64,000 bases of DNA, from contig JASGJH010000001.1 of NCBI GenBank assembly GCA_047601445.1, positions 6,048,001 to 6,112,000 of the forward strand. The letters are read 5' to 3'. The stretch's first letter is position 1, and the number at the start of each line of letters is the position of its first letter. The stretch comes from Myxococcales bacterium. GTDB lineage: Bacteria; Myxococcota_A; Polyangia; Polyangiales; DASUME01. Position numbers and translations under genes: made by a program. The notes beneath the pieces are model-generated. The model saw nothing but the letters and a program-made list of their open reading frames with translations, did no database searches and had not been told where the DNA came from. This document shows, piece after piece, positions 8,998-18,580 of this stretch.

Positions 8998-10230
8998 ATG
9001 GCGGCGTCCCCACCGACGCGGCTCGACTCCTACCAGCGCAAGTTGTTCGTCTTTCTCGGGGTCGCCACGTTTTTCGAGGGCTTCGACTACGTGGCGCTCT
9101 CGCAGCTGGTGCCCGCACTGCGCGCCGAATACCAGCTCTCGGTCAGCGAGGGCGGTCTCTTGCTCGCGGTCACCGGGTTTGGTGCGCCGCTGTCGTACGT
9201 GCTCATACGTCGGGCAGACGTCGTCGGCCGGCGTCGCATGCTCAGCTACACCATCGCGGGCTACACGCTGTTCTCCCTGCTCTCCGGCTTCGCCCCGTCG
9301 GCGTGGCTATTCGGCGCGGCCCAGCTGTTCGCGCGGGCCTTCCTGCTGGCCGAGTACGCCCTCAGCATGGTCTATGTGACGGAGGAGTTTCCCGCCGACC
9401 GACGTGGCTTCGCCGTGGGCATCATCCAGGGCATGAACAGCCTCGGCTCCATCGTATGCGCCGGCCTCGTGCCCATGCTGCTGAAGACCCCCGCCGGCTT
9501 CCGCAGCGTGTACTTCGTGGGCGCCATCCCGCTGTGCATCCTCATCTGGCTACGCCGCAACGTGCGCGAGACGGGCCGCTTCACACGCCTCAAGGAGAGC
9601 GGACAGCTACCTCGCCCGGACCTGCTGCGAATTTTCCGCACGCCGCACCGTCGCCGGTTGCCGTTGCTCGCCACCATCTGGTCGCTCACCTACATGTGTT
9701 GCTACGTCTCGATCCTTTATTGGAAGGAGTTCGCAGTGCAGGAGCGCGGTCTGGTCGACAAGCAGACCTCCCTGGCCCTGATGATCGCCGCCCTCGTCTC
9801 CCTGCCCCTGGTGTTCGGCTCGGGAAAGCTCCTCGACGCCATCGGCCGCAAGCGCGGCGCCGTGATTATCTTCGGCGTCGCCAGCGCCTCGGCCATCCTG
9901 GCCTTCGTCCCGCACAACTTCTGGCTACTCACGGCGGGGCTCACGGGCGTGATCTTCGCGTCCAGCGCCTCGCTCCCGCTGCTCACCGCCTTCACGCTGG
10001 AGTTGTTCCCCACGGAGCTTCGGGCGGATGGCTTCGGCTGGGCCAACAACCTCCTGGGACGCATCGGCTACGTCGGAGGCCCCTTCCTGGTGAGCCAAAT
10101 CGCGCAGCACCACGGCTACAGCCATACCATCGCCGCCACGGCCATCTTTCCGATGATCGCGCTCGTCCTCATCCTCACGCGCCTCCCCGAGACCGGCAAC
10201 CGCGAGCTCGAGGACACCAGCGCGCTCTAG
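8998..10230 (+). CDS. MFS transporter
   Basis: FFEGFD, motif A (ADVVGRRR; LLDAIGRK), E.FP..RRG, ELFPTELR, PET; about 12 hydrophobic segments. Confidence 0.9.
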   Translation: MAASPPTRLDSYQRKLFVFLGVATFFEGFDYVALSQLVPALRAEYQLSVSEGGLLLAVTGFGAPLSYVLIRRADVVGRRRMLSYTIAGYTLFSLLSGFAPSAWLFGAAQLFARAFLLAEYALSMVYVTEEFPADRRGFAVGIIQGMNSLGSIVCAGLVPMLLKTPAGFRSVYFVGAIPLCILIWLRRNVRETGRFTRLKESGQLPRPDLLRIFRTPHRRRLPLLATIWSLTYMCCYVSILYWKEFAVQERGLVDKQTSLALMIAALVSLPLVFGSGKLLDAIGRKRGAVIIFGVASASAILAFVPHNFWLLTAGLTGVIFASSASLPLLTAFTLELFPTELRADGFGWANNLLGRIGYVGGPFLVSQIAQHHGYSHTIAATAIFPMIALVLILTRLPETGNRELEDTSAL

Positions 10231-10244
10231 CGGGAGCTGCTTGC

Positions 10245-10395
10245 CGTGAGCGTGGTGGTGGACGTGAACTTTGATCGGCGACGCGGACGGTGTGCGTGGA
10301 CCCCCCGATCGTCGACGACCGGAGCGCTCGCGCAGGCGGTCGCCGTCGCTGAGCAAGTCCACGGCCCGACCAAGTCGAGGTCAACGTGGTTCACG
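10245..10395. repeat. Degenerate inverted repeat rich in gacgtg/ggcgac hexamers between convergent genes
   Basis: gtgaactttgatcggcgacg pairs imperfectly with cgtcgctgagcaagtccac; hexamer vocabulary shared with 5193-5408. Confidence 0.45.
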
Positions 10396-10417
10396 ACGAA
10401 CTGTCGAGACTGCCCCT

Positions 10418-10477
10418 TAAAACGCCGAAGGCCCCGGCAAGCGGGCGCTTTCGCCCTGCACGCCGAGGCCCGTTCGG
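10418..10477 (-). terminator. Putative intrinsic terminator after the 10520-12004 gene
   Basis: On the minus strand a GC-rich stem (ggcctcggc...gccggggcc) with an inner hairpin gggcgaaagcgccc, followed by TTTT. Confidence 0.45.
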
Positions 10478-10519
10478 GACTCCAAGAAAGTTCGATTTAA
10501 GCCTGGAAAACTGGGTGAA

Positions 10520-12004
10520 TCAGGGCGTGCCGACGCTGCCGCCCACGTTGACGCCGCCGCTGGGCGCCACGGTGGTGCCGGTGGTGCCGTTGATGGCGCC
10601 GCCCGTGCTGCCCTCGACGGGCGCGGGAGGTGGAGGCGGTGCGTACTCGGGAGTGGCCGCGGGTTCCACGGGCTCGGAGGGCACGGGCTCGGTGGGCTGC
10701 GGCTCGGCCGGAGCGACCTCGACCTGGCTGGTGCCGCTCGAGAACACGTCGCCGAACTTGTAGGTGAGCGTGGCCATCGCGAGGAAGCCGTTGGCGTTGC
10801 CGCCGATGAAGTTCGGTCCGCCCGTCACGAAGCCGTTCTGGACCACGCCGTCGAAGGCGAAGTTGTTCTTGGCCAGACCGAGACCCGCCGTCCAGATGAA
10901 GTTGCCCGTGCTGGCGCGCTCCTTGGTGGGGTTGTCGGTGGTGTCGCGCACGCGGTCGATGCTCCAGCTGTACTGGGTGCCGGTGCGCACGTAGAGCCAA
11001 TCGAGCAGCTGCACTTCGGCGGCCATGTTCACCATGGGCACGAAGAAGTTGAGGCTCTTGGTGGCGTCGTTGTCGGTCTTCGTGTCCGGATCGCTCTTGC
11101 CGATCGCACCCAAGAAGCCGCCGTAGGCCGCGATCTTCGCGATGGCGAGGTTGATCACCGGACCGATGCCGCCCATCAAGCCCACGTCGAACGTGTTGGC
11201 CTTGAGATCGGGGTCCTGGGTCTTGTCCTTGAAGTGCTCGTTGGTGAACGACGCGTTGCCGAGCAAGCCGATGTCCACGACGTCGTTGACCGGGATGTAG
11301 CCGCGGGCGAGGAAGCCGGCGCGCACGCGTGTGCCGCTGTTGATGTCTTGCTGGTCGCCGGCGGCGTCCAGGCCGGTGGAGTTCGCGAAGGCGACCACCA
11401 CGTTACCCGACAAATCCAGGCGCAAGCCCTGCTTGGGCAGGATGCTGTAGCCGGCCTGAAGGGCCGCGAAGGTCTGCTGCGCCTTCTCGGTTTCACCGTC
11501 CACGTTGCGGGCCTGAATGCCGCGCCCGAAGCCCAAGCGCAGACCGAAGGCGTTATCGCCAATGGCCTTGCCGTACATCACGTCGAACACGGTGGCCGGT
11601 GCGATGGGCCCGGCGTTGGAGCCCGCCGCGGCCGGGGCGGCGAAGACGCCAGTGGTGGGGGCGGTGAAGGGGTTCTGCACGCCCGACAACCACTCGAGCT
11701 CGGTGTTGAAGCCGACGATGTCGGGGCTCAGCAAGTCACCGCGGTGCAGCGCGATACCGAAGGCGTGGTTCTCGTTGCCGAGCGTCAACACGCCGTTGCC
11801 GGAGCCAGAGTTTCCGCCGTAATCCAGGCGGATCATGTTGCGGTGCAACACCGTGGTCTGCGGGAAAGGGAAGACGTCGTCCGGATCCTTGATCAGCAAG
11901 TTTCCGCCGAGCGAAGTACGTCGATCTGCTTGGGCCGTCTCCACCAGCCAGGTCGCATTGGCCGTTAGGCACAACAAGCCCACCAAGAGCTTCCGATTTT
12001 GCAT
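10520..12004 (-). CDS. Putative outer-membrane beta-barrel protein with Pro-rich C-terminal tail
   Basis: Signal peptide MQNRKLLVGLLCL...AQA; alternating aromatic/Gly beta-strand pattern ending ATLTYKF; then a P/E/G-rich extension. Confidence 0.65.
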   Translation of the reverse strand: MQNRKLLVGLLCLTANATWLVETAQADRRTSLGGNLLIKDPDDVFPFPQTTVLHRNMIRLDYGGNSGSGNGVLTLGNENHAFGIALHRGDLLSPDIVGFNTELEWLSGVQNPFTAPTTGVFAAPAAAGSNAGPIAPATVFDVMYGKAIGDNAFGLRLGFGRGIQARNVDGETEKAQQTFAALQAGYSILPKQGLRLDLSGNVVVAFANSTGLDAAGDQQDINSGTRVRAGFLARGYIPVNDVVDIGLLGNASFTNEHFKDKTQDPDLKANTFDVGLMGGIGPVINLAIAKIAAYGGFLGAIGKSDPDTKTDNDATKSLNFFVPMVNMAAEVQLLDWLYVRTGTQYSWSIDRVRDTTDNPTKERASTGNFIWTAGLGLAKNNFAFDGVVQNGFVTGGPNFIGGNANGFLAMATLTYKFGDVFSSGTSQVEVAPAEPQPTEPVPSEPVEPAATPEYAPPPPPAPVEGSTGGAINGTTGTTVAPSGGVNVGGSVGTP

Positions 12005-12233
12005 TTGCTCCACCTCGTCGGGCGCAGGGCCCCCCTGGTCGATGCGCAACGGCACCGACACGTCCCACACGGACGCGGTCGAACGCTATCAATGCTCACT
12101 CGGAAACCAAAGAAACCGACACGTCTTCGGTAACGAAGACCGGCAAAACACCCAGAAGTCCTAACAAACCGCTAGTTTCGCGTCCCCAGGCAGGGGCGCA
12201 CTGAAGTCTGATCAGCGATCCTGAGGGTCTGAA

Positions 12234-13076
12234 CTAGACCGGTTCCAGACGCGCCATCACGTCTGCAAGATTCTCGCGCCAGTCGGTCATGGGGCCGACC
12301 AGGGCTTCGGTGGGAGCGAGGTCGAGCACGCTGTAAGCGGGGCGCTTGGCGGGGCGCGCAAAGTCTGCTGAAGTCGTCGGCAAGACGCGCGCCTTGTGGC
12401 CCGCGATGCGCACGATGGCGCTGGCGAACTCGAACCAGGTGCACTCGCCGCCGTCGGTGACGTGCAGCGTGCCACGCGCACCCTTGTCGAGCAGCGCGAG
12501 GGTCACGCGCGCCAGGTGCTCGGCGCTGGTGGGCCGGCCGCGCTGATCGTTCACCACTTTGAGCTCGTCACGCTCACGCGACGCCTTGTAGATGGTGCGC
12601 ACGAAGTTGTTGGCCCACGGCGCGTAGAGCCAGCTCGTGCGTAAAATCAGGTGCGGTCCTTTGGCATCCCAGATGGCCTGCTCGCCCACGGCCTTGGAGC
12701 GCCCGTAAGCGTTGACCGGCGCGTGCGGCTCATCCACGCGATAGGGATGACTCGACTCGCCCGGGAACACGTAGTCGGTGCTGTAGTGGACCAAGGGAAT
12801 GTTCCGCTTGGCGCAGGCCTCTGCCACGATGCGTACGCCCTCACCGTTGGCGCGGGTCGCCGCGGCTTCGTCGGCCTCGGCGCCGTCGACGTTGGTGTAG
12901 GCCGCGCAGTTGAGCACTGCGGAGAAGGGCTGCGCGAGCACGCTCTCGACGTGCGCCGGATTGGTCAGGTCGAACTCGGGCAAGTCGACGCCCACGAAGG
13001 ACTCGCCGCGCGCCGTGAGGAGCTCGCGCAGAGCGCGCCCGAGCATGCCTCGTGCTCCCAGGATCAATGTGCTCAT
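12234..13076 (-). CDS. rmlD: dTDP-4-dehydrorhamnose reductase
   Basis: ILGARGMLG, NCAAYTNVD.AE, HYSTDYVF, YGRSK, RTSWLY, DQ.G.PT, A.RPAYSVL; own ATG at 13076. Confidence 0.92.
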   Translation of the reverse strand: MSTLILGARGMLGRALRELLTARGESFVGVDLPEFDLTNPAHVESVLAQPFSAVLNCAAYTNVDGAEADEAAATRANGEGVRIVAEACAKRNIPLVHYSTDYVFPGESSHPYRVDEPHAPVNAYGRSKAVGEQAIWDAKGPHLILRTSWLYAPWANNFVRTIYKASRERDELKVVNDQRGRPTSAEHLARVTLALLDKGARGTLHVTDGGECTWFEFASAIVRIAGHKARVLPTTSADFARPAKRPAYSVLDLAPTEALVGPMTDWRENLADVMARLEPV

Positions 13077-13637
13077 CGGAAGTCCTCGTAGCGCGGCAGC
13101 TTGTTGGGATCGATCTGCGAGAGCTTGGGGTTCTTGAGAATCCTTGGCGCCCAGCGTCGGGTTCTTGATGGGCCAGGCGATGGCCACGTCCGGATCGTCC
13201 CAGGCGATGCCCACCTCGCACTCCGGGTGGTAGAGGTCCGTGCACTTGTAGGCGAACTGCGCGAACTCGCTGACCACGCAGAAGCCGTGCGCGAAGCCCG
13301 GTGGCACCCAGAGCTGATGATGGTTCTGGGCCGACAAGGCCACGCCGGTCCACTTGCCGAAGGTTGGCGAGCCCACGCGGACATCGATGGCCACGTCGAA
13401 GACTTCGCCTTCCACCACGCTCACGAGCTTGCCCTGGGCGTGCGGCAGCTGCATGTGCATGCCGCGCAGGATGCCGTGGGAAGAACGCGACAGGTTGTCC
13501 TGCACGAAGGGCAGCCGAATGCCCACCTCGGAATAGCGCTTGGCCTGAAAGGTCTCGATGAAGAAGCCGCGCTCGTCGCCGAACACCTGCGGTTCGATCA
13601 AGAGCACCTCGGGCAGTGATTGTGGAGTGACCTTCAC
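13073..13637 (-). CDS. rmlC: dTDP-4-dehydrorhamnose 3,5-epimerase (extra base near 13140 fuses it in frame to rmlD as read)
   Basis: VFGDERGFF.E, QDNLS.S, LRGMH.Q, QGKLV, VFDVAIDVR.GSPTFG, WVPPGFAHGF, YKCT..Y, WDDP. A native-looking C-terminus (LKNPKLSQIDPNKLPRYEDFR*) lies in a shifted frame. Confidence 0.9.
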
Positions 13638-13641
13638 GTGA

Positions 13642-14520
13642 CTACCTACCCCGCTGAATCAGTTCGATCAGATATTGGCCGTAGCCCGTCTTCTTGAGCG
13701 GCTCTGCCAGCGCGAGCACCTGCTCCTGCGACAGCCAACCCTTGTTGAACGCGATCTCTTCCGGACACGCGACCTTGAGGCCCTGGCGCTGCTCGATGGT
13801 CTGGATGAAGGTGGAGGCCTGCATCAGCGAATCGTGCGTGCCGGTGTCGAGCCAGGCCACGCCGCGTCCGAAGATCTCCATGTTGAGCTTGCCCTGCTCG
13901 AGGTAGAGCCGATTGAGGTCGGTGATCTCCAGTTCCCCGCGCTTGCTGGGCTTGAGACTGGCCGCCAGGTCCACCACCTGATTGTCGTAGAAGTAGAGCC
14001 CGGTCACGGCGTAGTTGCTCTTGGGCTGCGCGGGCTTCTCTTCGAGGCCGACCACCTTGCCCTGGGCGTTGAACTCGGCGACGCCGTAGGCCGTGGGATT
14101 CGAGACCCAGTAGCCGAACACGGTGGCACCCTCGCTGCGCTTGCTGGCGTCGCTGAGCATGCCCTGGATGCCGTGGCCGTAGAAGATGTTGTCACCCAGC
14201 ACCAGCGCGCAGGGGTCCTTGCCCACGAACTCGCGTCCGATGATGAAGGCCTGCGCGAGTCCGTCGGGGCTCGGCTGCACGGCGTAGGAGATGTTCATGC
14301 CCCACTGCTTGCCGTCGCCCAGAAGCCGCTGAAAGCCGGCCTGATCGTGAGGCGTGGTGATGACCAGTACCTCGCGGATACCTCCCAGCATCAGGGTGCT
14401 GAGCGGGTAGTAGATCATGGGTTTGTCGTAGACCGGCATGAGCTGTTTGCTCACGGCGATGGTCAACGGATGAAGGCGTGTGCCCGAGCCGCCCGCCAGA
14501 ATGATGCCCTTTTTGATCAT
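13642..14520 (-). CDS. rmlA: Glucose-1-phosphate thymidylyltransferase
   Basis: [56 protein letters not shown]. Confidence 0.97.
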   Translation of the reverse strand: MIKKGIILAGGSGTRLHPLTIAVSKQLMPVYDKPMIYYPLSTLMLGGIREVLVITTPHDQAGFQRLLGDGKQWGMNISYAVQPSPDGLAQAFIIGREFVGKDPCALVLGDNIFYGHGIQGMLSDASKRSEGATVFGYWVSNPTAYGVAEFNAQGKVVGLEEKPAQPKSNYAVTGLYFYDNQVVDLAASLKPSKRGELEITDLNRLYLEQGKLNMEIFGRGVAWLDTGTHDSLMQASTFIQTIEQRQGLKVACPEEIAFNKGWLSQEQVLALAEPLKKTGYGQYLIELIQRGR

Positions 14521-14563
14521 CGTTTCTCCGCTCGCGTCGCCCGAGGGCGCGCTTCGACTTCCT

Positions 14564-15613
14564 TCAGCGTGTTCCGTAATTCTGGTCGATCCATTTGCGG
14601 TAGTCGCCCGAGCGCACTTCCTCCACCCAGGCCTTGTTCTCGAGGTACCAGCGCACGGTCTTACGGAAGCCGGTCTCGAAGGTTTCCTTGGGTTTCCAGC
14701 CGAGCTCGCGTTCCAGCTTGGTGGCGTCGATGGCGTAGCGCAGGTCGTGGCCCGGACGGTCGGTCACGTAGGTGATGAGCTTGAGCAGCTCCTGCTCGTC
14801 GGCCCCGGTCTCCTCGGCCACCACGCGGATCAGCTTGTGCACCACGTCGATGTTCTTGAGCTCGTTGAAGCCGCCGATGTTGTAGGTGTCGTCCACCTTA
14901 CCCTTCTGGATCACCGTCCAGATGGCCTCGCAGTGGTCGGTCACGTAGAGCCAGTCGCGGACGTTCTCACCCTTGCCGTAGACGGGCAGGGGCTTGCGCT
15001 CCACGATGTTGCTGATCATCAGCGGGATGAGCTTCTCGGGGAACTGCAGCGGGCCGTAGTTGTTGGAGCAGTTGGTGACCTTGGTGGCGAGCTTGAAGGT
15101 GCGCGCGTAGGCCCGCACCAGGTGGTCGCTGGCAGCCTTCGACGCCGAGTAGGGGCTCGAGGGGTCGTAGCGAGTCTCTTCGGTGAAGAGGCCGCTGTCG
15201 CCCAGGGAGCCGTAGACCTCGTCGGTGCTGACGTGGTGGAACAGACCATAGCCGGGCTTCCAGTTGGCGCGACACGCTTCCAGCAGGTTGAAGGTGCCCT
15301 CGATGTTGGCACGCACGAAGGCTCGCGGGCCCTTGATGCTGCGGTCCACGTGGCTCTCGGCCGCGAAGTGCACCACCAGTTCGGGGTTGTACTTCTTGAA
15401 GAGGGCGTCCACGGCGTCGAAGTCCGCGATGTCCACGCGCTCGAAGACGTAGTTCGGCAGCTTGTCGGTGCCGCTGAGGCTCAGGTTCTTGAGGTTCGCG
15501 GCGTAGGTGAGGACGTCGACGTTGATGAAGGTATGTTCGGGGTGCCGGGGCACCAGGAGATTCAGGAAGTTGGAACCGATAAAGCCGGCGCCGCCGGTGA
15601 CCACGATCTTCAT
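14564..15613 (-). CDS. rmlB: dTDP-glucose 4,6-dehydratase
   Basis: [64 protein letters not shown]; start set at MKIVV. Confidence 0.97.
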   Translation of the reverse strand: MKIVVTGGAGFIGSNFLNLLVPRHPEHTFINVDVLTYAANLKNLSLSGTDKLPNYVFERVDIADFDAVDALFKKYNPELVVHFAAESHVDRSIKGPRAFVRANIEGTFNLLEACRANWKPGYGLFHHVSTDEVYGSLGDSGLFTEETRYDPSSPYSASKAASDHLVRAYARTFKLATKVTNCSNNYGPLQFPEKLIPLMISNIVERKPLPVYGKGENVRDWLYVTDHCEAIWTVIQKGKVDDTYNIGGFNELKNIDVVHKLIRVVAEETGADEQELLKLITYVTDRPGHDLRYAIDATKLERELGWKPKETFETGFRKTVRWYLENKAWVEEVRSGDYRKWIDQNYGTR

Positions 15614-15902
15614 CTCGCAAGGGTAGCTGAAGGCTTGCGGAGGTCGAAGCGGGTCGCGTGTCGCATGAGATGGGGTCGGAGCGCGCGGAACTGCTCGCAG
15701 TTTCAGCCCGAGTCGACGCGGCACGAGGGGGCGAAGCTGTCGAGGGAACACCGCCCAAATCGCGATTTTGCTACGCTGAAATCTCAACCGTGCCCCGAAG
15801 GCCGTCGAGTCGGGGTCGCATCCTGGTTTTGCTCGCTGGCGGGTCCGCCCGCCTCGAGGGGCCAAAAGCGCGGCTTTGCCCGCGATTTCCGAGGGTGACC
15901 GA

Positions 15903-16217
15903 ATGACGAGACCGACCATCAGTTTGGACAGCGTGGTCCAGGCGACGCCGCGCCAGGTTTCCACCGAGCTGGGCGAGGAGACGGTGATCCTGGGCGTCGA
16001 ACGCGGGCAGTACTTCGGGTTGAGCGAGGTGGGGACGCGGCTCTGGGCGCTGGTGCAGGAGCCCACCTCGGTGGATGCCCTGTGTTGCGGCCTGTTCGCT
16101 GAGTACGAGGTGAGCCGACCGACCCTGGAGTCCGACGTGCTCGAGCTGCTGGCTGCGCTGCATGACCAGGGCCTGATCGACGTCCTGCCACGACCGCAGC
16201 CACAGCCGGTCCCGTGA
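15903..16217 (+). CDS. PqqD-family RiPP recognition element (lasso peptide B1 protein)
   Basis: ~104 aa; ETVIL...GQYFGL.EVG..LW, L..EYEV.....DV..LL..L...GLI pattern; overlaps the cyclase start (GTGA). Confidence 0.88.
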   Translation: MTRPTISLDSVVQATPRQVSTELGEETVILGVERGQYFGLSEVGTRLWALVQEPTSVDALCCGLFAEYEVSRPTLESDVLELLAALHDQGLIDVLPRPQPQPVP

Positions 16218-18085
16218 CGGCCCTGTTCGGTGCCTATAGCCCGGTCGGGATGGCACTCCCGGAGGGGCTCGGTGCGGCCATGGCGCGGGCCCTGCCGCGA
16301 CCCGTCGACGCGGAGGGCTTCATGCAGCAGGGCCCGCTCTTGCTGGGCGCCCGCGCGCGCTGGTGGACGGAGTCCGAGCTCGGGCTCGTGCCGCCGTGGT
16401 GCGATCCCCACAGCGGTGTGACGGGCGTCTTCGATGGGCGCCTCGACCACCACGAGCAACTAGCGCTGGACCTGGGGGTATCCGCCACGCTCTCGGACTC
16501 GGCCTTGATGGTGGCCGCGTACCTGCGTTGGGACGACGGATTCCTGCGGCGATTGCGCGGCGACTTCGCGCTCGCGCTGTGGGATCCGCGCGCGCGCAAG
16601 CTGCTCATCGCGCGCGATGGGTTCGGTGTCAGACCTCTGTACTGGGCCCAGCTGGCCTCGGGGACGCTCTTGTTTGCGTCGCGCGCGAGCGCGCTCTTCG
16701 CCCACCCCGAGCTCACGCAGGAGCTGGACTCCCTGCGTATCGCCCAGTACCTGGCCAGTAGCTTCACGGACCTCGAGCGCACGTTCTTTGCGCGCGTGAA
16801 GCGCTTGCCGCCCGGACATTTGATGGTGCTCCACGAGGGAGAGCGCCAAGCGCAGCCGCACCGCTATTTCGCCTTCGATCGCGAGCGGGTGTTGCCCTCG
16901 CGCGACAATGGCGCCTACGCGGAGCAGTTTCGGGCGCTGTTCTTCGATGCGGTGCGTACGCGCACCCGCACGCGGGAGCCGCTCGCGTGCTTGTTGAGTG
17001 GTGGGCTCGACTCGTCTGGGCTGCTGGGGACCCTGCGTGCGGTCTTGCCAGAGCAGGCCATCCCTTGCTTCTCGGCGCGCTTCGTGGACTTTCCCGAGGT
17101 GGACGAGGGGGGCTGGCTGGCCTTGTTCGACGCCGACGGCACGCGACGCGGCGAGCTGCGCGCGGATCGCATCGGGCCACTCGACTCCATCGACGAGCTG
17201 CATCGTGACCTCGACGAGCCCTTCCACGCGCCCAATCTCTTCGTCTACGAAGCCCTGGCACGCCTGGCCCACGCGCAGGGCGCGCGCGTGTTGCTCGATG
17301 GCCTCGACGGCGACACCGTGGTGGACCACGGCTACTTCGCGCTGCGCGAGCTGCTGTTTCAGGTGCGCCCCCGGCGCCTCGTGGCGGGCATCCGCGCGCT
17401 GCATCACCGGATGGGCTTCGGCTACGCTGAGATTCTCCGGGGCTTCGTGCTCGAGCCGGAGCTGCGAGCGGTGCAGCACGCGCTGTCGCGGGTGGGTTGG
17501 TTGCCGAGCGGCTACCTGACGCGTGAGTTGGCGCGCCAAAGTGGACTTGCCTCGGAGCTGGCCCGGCATGCGGAGGAGCGCCTGAGCGACCGTAGCTTGC
17601 GCGCGCTCCATCATCGCGCGGTGACGGCACCCATGCTGCCCTTCTATCTGGAGGTCTACGACAAGCTAGCCGCCGTGCTCGGTGTGGAGCACCGGCATCC
17701 GTACTTCGATACGGCGCTGGTGGAGTTCTGTCTGGCGTTGCCGCCGGAGCAGCGCCTGTTCGAGGGGTGGGATCGCGTGATTCAGCGGCGCGCCTTCCAG
17801 GGGTTGATCCCGGAGCCGATCCGGGCGCGACAGACCAAGTCCGTGTGGAGCGCCAACTTCGAGCGCCAGTTGTTCTGGGGACGGCCCGAGCGTGTCCGCG
17901 GGCTGCTGGAGAGCCACGAAAGTCCGCTTGCAGCCTACTGCGATCTCAATCGCATGCGGCGTGACTTGCCGCGGCTGGTAGCAGGTCGCGCGCCCGAGCG
18001 CGTGATGGATTTCTGGTGCGCGCTGAGCTTGGGCCTTTGGCTCGAGGGCCGGCACGCAGACGCACCGCAGGCGCCGGAGGCGTGA
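16214..18085 (+). CDS. Asparagine-synthetase-like lasso peptide cyclase (C protein)
   Basis: GDFALALWD, ARDGFGVRPLY, LSGGLDSS ATP-binding motif, HPYFD..LVEFCLALP; lacks the N-terminal catalytic Cys of true AsnB; flanked by RRE and precursor genes. Confidence 0.88.
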   Translation: MTALFGAYSPVGMALPEGLGAAMARALPRPVDAEGFMQQGPLLLGARARWWTESELGLVPPWCDPHSGVTGVFDGRLDHHEQLALDLGVSATLSDSALMVAAYLRWDDGFLRRLRGDFALALWDPRARKLLIARDGFGVRPLYWAQLASGTLLFASRASALFAHPELTQELDSLRIAQYLASSFTDLERTFFARVKRLPPGHLMVLHEGERQAQPHRYFAFDRERVLPSRDNGAYAEQFRALFFDAVRTRTRTREPLACLLSGGLDSSGLLGTLRAVLPEQAIPCFSARFVDFPEVDEGGWLALFDADGTRRGELRADRIGPLDSIDELHRDLDEPFHAPNLFVYEALARLAHAQGARVLLDGLDGDTVVDHGYFALRELLFQVRPRRLVAGIRALHHRMGFGYAEILRGFVLEPELRAVQHALSRVGWLPSGYLTRELARQSGLASELARHAEERLSDRSLRALHHRAVTAPMLPFYLEVYDKLAAVLGVEHRHPYFDTALVEFCLALPPEQRLFEGWDRVIQRRAFQGLIPEPIRARQTKSVWSANFERQLFWGRPERVRGLLESHESPLAAYCDLNRMRRDLPRLVAGRAPERVMDFWCALSLGLWLEGRHADAPQAPEA

Positions 18086-18226
18086 CAGAGATGGTCGCCA
18101 CAGTGGGCGAAACGGCGCCTCGGTTAGCCGCAGGAGGCGTTGCGGTGGCGGTCAAAAGCACCGCTAACGCGAGGCACGTGCGTGAGCGGACGTGTTCGGA
18201 CCCACCGAATCACGAGCGCGTGAGCG

Positions 18227-18242
18227 CGGCACGCAGATTGCT
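18227..18242 (+). promoter_or_regulatory. Sigma54 (-24/-12) promoter upstream of the lasso precursor
   Basis: CGGCAC-GCAGA-TTGCT, exact GG-N10-GC spacing, ~85 bp before the precursor ATG. Confidence 0.65.
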
Positions 18243-18325
18243 CCACTTCCACCCAGGCAAGCGCGCGTCGGGCGCCGCGCCAGACGACCCGTGGATGATG
18301 GATGAACCCTCGGGGGAGGGAAGCA

Positions 18326-18508
18326 ATGGAAAAGGGAACAGGCAAACGAGCGTATGTGAAGCCCCAATTGCGGAACCACGGCAGCGTGGAGCAGGTCACC
18401 GGTTGGTGCGGCTCTTCGTCGGCCGAGTTCTTTGGTGGACCGCAGGGGGCCTCGCACGGGACCAACAAGATCGGCTTTCATCAGAGCGGGCCGGGCATCA
18501 GCCACTGA
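18326..18508 (+). CDS. Lasso peptide precursor (60 aa)
   Basis: GGGAGG RBS; MEKGTGKRAYVKPQLRNHGSVEQVTG|WCGSSSAEFFGGPQGASHGTNKIGFHQSGPGISH; leader matches YxxPxLxxxGxxxxxT; Glu at core position 8. Confidence 0.88.
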   Translation: MEKGTGKRAYVKPQLRNHGSVEQVTGWCGSSSAEFFGGPQGASHGTNKIGFHQSGPGISH

Positions 18509-18580
18509 GCCTGACGCGCGGCAGGGTAGAGCAGGACGAAGGTCGTGGTCGTCTGGGTTCCCTGGTAACCTGGGGAGCAC

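Noticed and set aside
12234..13637. Evolved bifunctional RmlC-RmlD enzyme (467-aa ORF)
   Set aside because: The native RmlC C-terminus and ATGA coupling are intact one frame away, so a single-base indel explains the fusion.
14564..16459. 631-aa extended RmlB ORF
   Set aside because: The N-terminal ~280 aa are antisense to the RRE and cyclase genes; homology starts at MKIVVTGG (15613).
16214..18085. Ordinary asparagine synthetase AsnB
   Set aside because: No N-terminal catalytic Cys, and the gene sits between an RRE and a lasso-type precursor.
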